The notes beneath the pieces are model-generated. The model searched no databases, had not been told where the DNA came from, and saw only the letters and a program-made list of their open reading frames with translations. The position numbers were made by a program, and so were the translations under genes. Source: Erysipelotrichaceae bacterium (GTDB lineage Bacteria > Bacillota_I > Bacilli_A > Erysipelotrichales > Erysipelotrichaceae). Taken from it: a DNA stretch of 32,000 nt. The stretch covers positions 510,001 to 542,000 of the forward strand of contig OY781039.1 of NCBI GenBank assembly GCA_963676105.1. The letters run 5' to 3'. Positions 26,668 to 32,000 of this stretch are shown in pieces (the stretch's first letter is position 1; each line of letters starts with the position of its first letter).

Positions 26668-27939
26668 TTACTCGTAAAATATGAATTGGTAGTCCTCAAT
26701 CATAACAATGTCACCTTCTTGAGCACCTGCTTTTTTAAGCGCATCTTCAACACCAATTCCTTTTAGTTGTCGAGCTAAACGACGGGCACCACCATGGGTT
26801 GTTATATCTGCTTTATGGAAGAGACGTTTAATTTCATCGCCTTCAAGAGCATAGATATTACTATCAATTTTTTCAACTTTAAATGGAATTTCTTCAATAA
26901 ATTTATAGTGAACCTCTTCATTACTAATTTCATCAGTGATAAATGATTCAGTTGTTTCAAGAAGTTTTGCGGCTTCATATAATACATCTTGAACACCTTC
27001 ATGAATAATAGTGGTTGTTTCAAAGATTGTTAAATTTGGATACGCTTCTTTAAAACGTTTAAGATTATTTTCTGCTGGATCTAAATCCATTTTATTAGCC
27101 ACAATGATTTGTGGTCTTTCAAGTAAACGCATTTTATACGTTTCTAACTCATCATTAATAACCTTATAATCTTCGACGGGATCGCGACCATCTTCTGCCC
27201 CCATATCTATGACATGAATTAGGACACGACAACGTTCAACATGTTTTAAGAATTGAATCCCTAAACCTTTACCTTCAGATGCCCCTTCAATAAGTCCTGG
27301 TAAATCAGCTAGGATAAATGATCGTCCATCACCCACTTCAACCATACCAAGTTGTGGTTTTAGGGTTGTAAATGGATAAGAAGCAATTTCCGGTTTAGCC
27401 TTAGAGACAACTGAAAGAAATGTAGACTTCCCTACAGATGGGAAACCAACTAAACCAACATCCGCTAATAGCTTAAGTTCGATTTCAATTTCTTTGCTCT
27501 CACCTAAATCCCCTTTTTCCGCAAAATCAGGGGCTGGATTGCGTGAAGTTTTAAAATGGAAGTTACCACGACCACCTTTACCACCTTTGGCAATAACAGC
27601 TTGTTGACCATGTTCTATAAGATCTGCTAAAACAACATCATTTTTGATATCTCTAATAATTGATCCAATTGGAACATGAATAATCGTATCAGAACCTTTA
27701 GCACCATGGAATTTCTTATTATTTCCATTGCCACCATTATCAGCTGTAATACGTTTGTTATATCTTAGATCTAATAAGGTTGACTTGTGTGAATCAGCTT
27801 GAAAGACAATGCTTCCACCATCTCCACCATCTCCACCATAGGGTCCACCAAGTGGTACGTATTTTTCACGACGAAAAGAGACCATACCATTGCCTCCATT
27901 TCCTGCGATAACATTTATTTTTACGCGATCGATAAACAT
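26668..27939 (-). CDS. obg: GTPase Obg/CgtA
   Basis: Obg fold (MFIDRVKI ... GGNGGNG ... GGDGGDGG), G domain (GFPSVGKST, DLPGLIEGA, NKMD) and a C-terminal OCT domain. The start is set at MFIDR (27939), 7 nt after GGAGG. The ORF track start is at 27951. Confidence 0.93.
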   Translation of the reverse strand: MFIDRVKINVIAGNGGNGMVSFRREKYVPLGGPYGGDGGDGGSIVFQADSHKSTLLDLRYNKRITADNGGNGNNKKFHGAKGSDTIIHVPIGSIIRDIKNDVVLADLIEHGQQAVIAKGGKGGRGNFHFKTSRNPAPDFAEKGDLGESKEIEIELKLLADVGLVGFPSVGKSTFLSVVSKAKPEIASYPFTTLKPQLGMVEVGDGRSFILADLPGLIEGASEGKGLGIQFLKHVERCRVLIHVIDMGAEDGRDPVEDYKVINDELETYKMRLLERPQIIVANKMDLDPAENNLKRFKEAYPNLTIFETTTIIHEGVQDVLYEAAKLLETTESFITDEISNEEVHYKFIEEIPFKVEKIDSNIYALEGDEIKRLFHKADITTHGGARRLARQLKGIGVEDALKKAGAQEGDIVMIEDYQFIFYE

Positions 27940-27951
27940 ATTAACCTCCAT

Positions 27952-27974
27952 AAAAAAATCCCTTGCGGGATTTT
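27952..27974 (-). terminator. Intrinsic terminator after rpmA, immediately upstream of the obg SD
   Basis: Minus-strand RNA AAAAUCCC-GCAA-GGGAUUUU continuing into a U run (7 consecutive U after GGGA). It overlaps the rpmA TAA stop (27973-27975). Confidence 0.65.
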
Positions 27975-28257
27975 AGGCTTGTGGATAAACAGAAACTTGA
28001 GTTTTCTTTTTACCTAGACGTTCAAACTTTACGACGCCGTCGACTTTAGCGAAGAGAGTATCGTCTCCACCACGTCCAACGTTTACGCCTGGATGAATTT
28101 TTGTCCCGCGTTGACGGTAAATAATTGCACCAGCACTTGCGAATTGACCATCGGCACGTTTAGCACCTAAGCGTCTACCAGCACTATCACGGCCGTTCTT
28201 AGTTGAACCAACCCCTTTTTTAGATGCAAAGAGTTGTAAATTTAATGTAAATTTCAT
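27973..28257 (-). CDS. rpmA: 50S ribosomal protein L27 (with N-terminal propeptide)
   Basis: 94 aa: [10 protein letters not shown]|[15 protein letters not shown] ... The propeptide plus the ASKKG mature N-terminus is typical of Prp-containing Bacillota. Confidence 0.95.
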   Translation of the reverse strand: MKFTLNLQLFASKKGVGSTKNGRDSAGRRLGAKRADGQFASAGAIIYRQRGTKIHPGVNVGRGGDDTLFAKVDGVVKFERLGKKKTQVSVYPQA

Positions 28258-28577
28258 ACGGATTCCTCCTTTATTCGAATATTTTTAGGATGACTGTCTT
28301 CAACAGTCTTTAATTGATAAATCATAAAGCGCAACAGATTTTCTAATTGTTCATTGCTTTCAAGTACATTGACTTCAATAAGGGCATCTTCACCCTCTTG
28401 ATAGATAAGTGAGACATTCTCATTTTGCATTTCAACCAAAGCATTTAAAGCTCCAGTTGCAATTGAACTTACTGCTGCACAAACTAGATCATGGCCCTTT
28501 GGACCACTTTCAGCATGACCTCTCACACTGATTTTACGGATATCACGATTCAATTTATGAATCGAAACCCTAATCAT
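28254..28577 (-). CDS. prp: Ribosomal-processing cysteine protease Prp (YsxB)
   Basis: 107 aa between rplU and rpmA. Conserved GH ... and VCAAVS (His/Cys dyad) motifs. Confidence 0.88.
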   Translation of the reverse strand: MIRVSIHKLNRDIRKISVRGHAESGPKGHDLVCAAVSSIATGALNALVEMQNENVSLIYQEGEDALIEVNVLESNEQLENLLRFMIYQLKTVEDSHPKNIRIKEESV

Positions 28578-28580
28578 AGC

Positions 28581-28898
28581 TTAAGCCTCTAAAGCGATAG
28601 CTTCAACTAATAATTTAGTGTAAGGTTGACGATGACCTTGCTTACGACGGGTTGAACCTTTTTTAGGTTTGTACTTGAAGATAATGATCTTCTTTTCTTT
28701 ACCGTGTTTTTCAACCTTAGTTGTCACTTTTGCACCTTTAACATAAGGTGTACCGATTTTTGTGGATTTATCGCTGTAAACGAGAACGTTGTCAAATACA
28801 ACAGAATCGCCTTCTTTAACGTCAAGTTTTTCAACAAAGATACTTTGTCCTTTTTCAACTTTAATTTGCTTTCCACCAGTTTCGATGATTGCGTACAT
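28581..28898 (-). CDS. rplU: 50S ribosomal protein L21
   Basis: [11 protein letters not shown] ... is the canonical L21 N-terminus. The ATG at 28896-28898 lies 8 nt after GGAGG. The ORF track start at 29039 is a spurious 47-codon extension through the leader and promoter. Confidence 0.93.
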   Translation of the reverse strand: MYAIIETGGKQIKVEKGQSIFVEKLDVKEGDSVVFDNVLVYSDKSTKIGTPYVKGAKVTTKVEKHGKEKKIIIFKYKPKKGSTRRKQGHRQPYTKLLVEAIALEA

Positions 28899-29002
28899 GT
28901 GCATTCCTCCTATTCTTGTGATTGAGACTCGCCAAAATATGGTGACTTGCGTTCTTAAAAAACCATTTCTGAGCGGTTGCATTCCTAAATAGGAAGACAA
29001 CG
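28899..29002 (-). ncRNA. Candidate ribosomal-protein L21 leader (rplU 5' UTR)
   Basis: A ~100-nt untranslated region between a consensus promoter and rplU. It contains the small hairpins UUCCU-AUUU-AGGAA and AACCG-CUCAGAAA-UGGUU followed by UUUUAAG. An L21 leader is an established Bacillota element, but I could not verify the consensus by eye. Confidence 0.4.
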
Positions 29003-29007
29003 TATGA

Positions 29008-29035
29008 ATTATATCATAAAAAAAAGCCCTGTCAA
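29008..29035 (-). promoter_or_regulatory. Consensus sigma-A promoter of rplU-prp-rpmA
   Basis: TTGACA (29030-29035), a 16-nt spacer, then TATAAT (29008-29013). The -35 hexamer contains the TGA stop of the upstream DUF554 gene. Confidence 0.65.
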
Positions 29036-29049
29036 ACAAGCGACAAGGC
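29018..29049 (-). terminator. Intrinsic terminator of the DUF554 operon, superimposed on the rplU promoter
   Basis: Minus-strand RNA GCCUUGUC-GCUUGUUU-GACAGGGC (one U.G pair) followed by U8 (29018-29025). Confidence 0.65.
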
Positions 29050-29718
29050 GATTTGAAAGATGATCACAAAGATTAATGAAGGTAACATATTTACCACTTT
29101 ATAATTGGTGATTTTCATCATATTAAAACCTAAAGCCATGATAAGTATTGATCCCATTGCAGATACATTAGTGATCAGTTCAGGATTTAAAACATCCGTT
29201 AATAATGAACTAAATAGAGTCAAACTTCCTTGATAGATTACAATTGGAATAAATGAGAAGAACACACCCCAACCAAAGGATGAGGCTAAAACCATAGAGG
29301 TGACAAAATCTAAGGTAGATTTCGTATATAGAATGGTTTCATTATGATTTAAACCACTCTCTAAAGAACCTACAATTGCCATCGCCCCTACGCCAAAAAG
29401 TAAGGTTGCGCTAATAAGACCTTGTGAGAAGCGTCCATCCTGATTTTTAATGAATCGTTTTTCTAAACTAAAGACAAAGTGGTTAAACTTGCGATCGATG
29501 TCAAAGACTTCACCAATCACAATACCTAAAGCGAGTGAAACAATGAGTAAAACAAAGTTTGTAGAAGCTAATACACCTTCAACCCCAATCACAATAACCA
29601 TTAAAGCTAAGGCAGATATGATCACATCACTTTTTTCTTTAAAAAAGCCAGTCTTTAATCCAATACCAATTAAAGATCCAGCCATGATCGTTATGGCATT
29701 AACGAGTGTACCATTCAT
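29032..29718 (-). CDS. DUF554-family integral membrane protein (YdfK/YqgA-like)
   Basis: 228 aa, about 6-7 TM segments. The N-terminus [18 protein letters not shown] is typical of DUF554. Confidence 0.75.
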   Translation of the reverse strand: MNGTLVNAITIMAGSLIGIGLKTGFFKEKSDVIISALALMVIVIGVEGVLASTNFVLLIVSLALGIVIGEVFDIDRKFNHFVFSLEKRFIKNQDGRFSQGLISATLLFGVGAMAIVGSLESGLNHNETILYTKSTLDFVTSMVLASSFGWGVFFSFIPIVIYQGSLTLFSSLLTDVLNPELITNVSAMGSILIMALGFNMMKITNYKVVNMLPSLIFVIIFQIALSLV

Positions 29719-29721
29719 GAC

Positions 29722-30354
29722 CTAATTCCCCTTCTCATTAATAATGGGGGCTTCAATAACACAATGAGCCTTCCCATTTTTACGAAACTCCATACAAACA
29801 CTTGAAGCCTGATGATTGATACTATGATGAATCATCTTTAATCTTCTAAGCGAAAACTTTTGATTTTGAAAGATATTGGCTGTTTCAATCATCCGATAAG
29901 CTTTGATAATCAAATACATGCGTCCTTTATCTTTAAGTAGACGATAAGCGTGTTGCGCTAAATCTTCAAGTGATAGTGTATCATCAAACTGCATGATATC
30001 TTCTTTGAATCGTGTATCTGTGTGATATGGCGGATTAGAAATGACGACATCCACAACTTCGCTTTGATAATCCTGTAGTGCACAAAGTTTAAATTCAGCA
30101 TTTAAACAGTTATTGAGCTTTGCATTTTCTTTTGCGAGTGCTATGGCTGATTCATCAATATCTAAACCAACAACCTTATCATCTGTTTGCACAGCTGCCG
30201 CTAAGGCGAGTACACCATTGTTGGTCCCCACATCAATAACACAATCATGTTTTCGTATTTCCATGAAAGCCGCTAAATGATGCGTATCAGAGCTCATCTT
30301 ATAACGTTTAGATTGTTTTATTTTAATAGGAGGTTGACTAAGATAATCAAACAT
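29722..30354 (-). CDS. Class I SAM-dependent N6-adenine-type methyltransferase (TrmN6/YfiC-like, NPPY)
   Basis: SAM motif IDVGTNNGVLALAAA, an acidic residue at GLDID, and the catalytic ISNPPYH motif. 210 aa. Confidence 0.7.
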   Translation of the reverse strand: MFDYLSQPPIKIKQSKRYKMSSDTHHLAAFMEIRKHDCVIDVGTNNGVLALAAAVQTDDKVVGLDIDESAIALAKENAKLNNCLNAEFKLCALQDYQSEVVDVVISNPPYHTDTRFKEDIMQFDDTLSLEDLAQHAYRLLKDKGRMYLIIKAYRMIETANIFQNQKFSLRRLKMIHHSINHQASSVCMEFRKNGKAHCVIEAPIINEKGN

Positions 30355-31791
30355 TTATATCACCGTATCTGGTTTTAAAGCATAATTTAGTTCAAACCAG
30401 AATGTAGACCCTTCATCAACTTTAGATATAACCCCAAAATGAGCGTCATGTTTTTTAAGTATGGCAGCTGAAATCGATAAACCTAAACCCGTTCCCGTTT
30501 TATTACGACTATGATGTTTATCAATCTTATAATAACGATCCCAAATATAGGGTAAATCCTCTTCTGATATTCCAACGCCATGATCAATAACTTCAATTCT
30601 GACATTATCTTGATTGGTTAATATTTGAAAAATGAGTTTTTTATCTTTACCAACAAACTTTATCGCATTGGTTATAAAGTTTATTAAAACTTGTCTAATA
30701 CGATTAGAATCACCTAAAACTAAGACTTCTTCAGGTGTATAAACGACTGAATTAATTTTTTTATCATGTAATAGTGCATCAACTAAATCTAAACTTTGTC
30801 TGAGTGTTTCAACAATATCAAACGGTTCGCTATTAAACGTCATGCTATTGGATTGAAGTTGCGTTAAGGTTGTCATATCTTGTGCTAAGTGATCTAAGTG
30901 ATCAACTTCAGCTAAAATAACATCCAAATGCTCTTCTCGTTTAACATCATCTTTCCCCGATATATCACGTATCATTTCAGCATAAGCCTTAATCATCGTT
31001 AAAGGTGTTTTAATATCATGTGAAACATTCGCAATTAAATCACGCCTTAATTCTTCCATCTTTTTAAGTTCTACTGTAGTGTTATTTAAGGTATTGGCTA
31101 AATCAGTGATTTCCGTAAATTCACCTTCATCAAAGGTTACATCATAATTACCATCCGCTAACTTCAATGCACTTTTTTTCATCTTAACGATGGGGATAGA
31201 AATACGATTAGAAATCAGAAGTGAAACAATCGTAAACAAGATAAATACAATCGCGGTTACGACTAAGAATTGATTTTGCAAAATTGAAGTTGTGGAATCC
31301 ATAGGTAGTAAGGGTGAATTTAAATACACATAATAGTTTTCAAAACTCGATGAAATCTTTCGACCATAGATAACCATATCTTGATTGATGATGGAATTTA
31401 CTTCAGTAATTGAAAACTCGTTATGATCTGATGTATTAAGGGTTTCCTTATATTCATCTAAACGAAGTGGTAAAGTAATTGAGCGCTCATTCAATAAGCA
31501 ACCAACCCCAATCGCATCAACTTGATACAATAAATCCCCTTTTGAATTATAAACCAAACCACAAACATTATTTGATATCGCCGAATTTTGCATATGATAA
31601 TCAAAAGAGTTTGTTAGAATGCTAGATTCTATTTCATCTGCAACTTCTTTAACTTGTTCAATTTTCATATCCGTAAAAGAAGCACCTAAAAGCACCATTT
31701 GAAATAACCAAATCATGCCTAAAACACCTATGGTTAAGGTGACAAAATACAACCAAATTTTGAAACGCATGTTTCTAAAATCAAACTTCAA
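30355..31791 (-). CDS. Two-component sensor histidine kinase
   Basis: Two TM segments flanking a ~125-aa extracytoplasmic domain, a HAMP domain, the H-box SHDIKTPLT, and N/G boxes (NAIKF ... DHGVGI ... GTGLGLS). TTG start at 31789-31791; the alternative ATG at 31770 has no SD. Confidence 0.9.
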   Translation of the reverse strand: MKFDFRNMRFKIWLYFVTLTIGVLGMIWLFQMVLLGASFTDMKIEQVKEVADEIESSILTNSFDYHMQNSAISNNVCGLVYNSKGDLLYQVDAIGVGCLLNERSITLPLRLDEYKETLNTSDHNEFSITEVNSIINQDMVIYGRKISSSFENYYVYLNSPLLPMDSTTSILQNQFLVVTAIVFILFTIVSLLISNRISIPIVKMKKSALKLADGNYDVTFDEGEFTEITDLANTLNNTTVELKKMEELRRDLIANVSHDIKTPLTMIKAYAEMIRDISGKDDVKREEHLDVILAEVDHLDHLAQDMTTLTQLQSNSMTFNSEPFDIVETLRQSLDLVDALLHDKKINSVVYTPEEVLVLGDSNRIRQVLINFITNAIKFVGKDKKLIFQILTNQDNVRIEVIDHGVGISEEDLPYIWDRYYKIDKHHSRNKTGTGLGLSISAAILKKHDAHFGVISKVDEGSTFWFELNYALKPDTVI

Positions 31792-32000
31792 ATTTATACC
31801 CTGTTCCTCTAACGGTCACAATAAACTTACGATATTCACCTAGATTATGTCTTAGCATTTTGATATGAGTGTCTACAGTACGATCATCACCAAAATAATT
31901 ATAATTCCAAACATTCTCTAATAAGACTTCGCGATGAATCGCTGTATTTTTATTAATGATGAGATATAAAAGAAGATCAAATTCTTTTGGAGTTAATAGT
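31781..32000 (-). CDS. OmpR/PhoB-family response regulator (C-terminal winged-helix part; 5' end lies outside the window)
   Basis: My own translation of the minus strand gives LLTPKEFDLLLYLIINKNTAIHREVLLENVWNYNYFGDDRTVDTHIKMLRHNLGEYRKFIVTVRGTGYKFEV*. It is not in the ORF track because the start lies beyond 32000. Its TGA (31781-31783) overlaps the kinase start. Confidence 0.88.
   Translation of the reverse strand, partial: LLTPKEFDLLLYLIINKNTAIHREVLLENVWNYNYFGDDRTVDTHIKMLRHNLGEYRKFIVTVRGTGYKFEV

Noticed and set aside
28899-29039. 47-codon N-terminal extension of the rplU ORF ([11 protein letters not shown]...).
   Set aside because: The extension runs through a consensus promoter and the upstream gene's terminator. 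The canonical L21 N-terminus [11 protein letters not shown] with a GGAGG SD starts at 28898.
883-29725. Plus-strand ORFs of 60-111 aa in the ORF track: 883-1107, 2927-3118, 3991-4182, 4213-4458, 7730-7987, 8586-8768, 10181-10516, 10948-11178, 12054-12254, 12170-12421, 13082-13411, 14091-14303, 14965-15156, 19431-19628, 19841-20050, 21497-21679, 27799-28017, 28704-28925, 28789-28992, 29450-29725.
   Set aside because: Each lies antisense within, or across, a well-supported conserved minus-strand gene or the T-box. They have low-complexity or odd composition and lack SD sites. They are typical shadow ORFs of an AT-rich genome.
1-32000. Possibility of the Mollicutes-type genetic code (TGA = Trp), given the low GC content and the gene set.
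   Set aside because: Several genes clearly terminate at TGA with canonical C-termini (murG, ttcA-like, rbfA, rnc, the response regulator, DUF554). All conserved proteins are full length under the standard bacterial code. Cell-wall genes are also present.

Overview
This is a visibly AT-rich, very compact stretch of core chromosome from a walled, low-GC Bacillota-type organism. The organism inference rests on PolC, murG-murB-divIB, an L27 propeptide with its Prp protease, strong GGAGG-type Shine-Dalgarno (SD) sites, and TGA used as a stop codon. 31 of 33 genes lie on the minus strand, often with overlapping or abutting stop/start codons. Reading the minus strand from right to left, the order is: response regulator (partial), histidine kinase, NPPY methyltransferase, DUF554 | rplU-prp-rpmA | obg-ruvA-ruvB | rhodanese (with a convergent HAD hydrolase on the plus strand) | murG-murB-divIB | yloU-fakA(yloV) | recG-rnc-GltD-like oxidoreductase-polC | rimP-nusA-ylxR-ylxQ-infB-rbfA | (ttcA-like on the plus strand) | truB-ribF | T-box leader and amino-acid ABC transporter (permease, ATPase, lipoprotein SBP) | Asp23-family gene and nusB. 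I found no mobile element, CRISPR array, rRNA/tRNA gene, defence-like or toxin-like cassette, pseudogene or large repeat. My honest reading is that this is an ordinary housekeeping region with no convincing undescribed multi-gene system. The leads worth a second look are mostly regulatory or architectural: (1) a well-formed T-box riboswitch whose specifier reads as Arg (CGU); (2) a perfect 11-bp inverted repeat that encloses an extended -10 box and an SD-less start codon; (3) an SD/anti-SD-like UUCG hairpin in the rimP-nusA-infB leader; (4) intrinsic terminators lying close upstream of the nusB, recG and obg starts (9 to 27 nt); (5) a roughly 210-aa acidic tail on NusA; (6) a stand-alone GltD-like Fe-S flavoprotein translationally coupled between rnc and polC; (7) a tightly coupled two-component system, TrmN6-like methyltransferase and DUF554 operon. 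All calls come from reading the sequence and the ORF translations. No database search or folding program was run.
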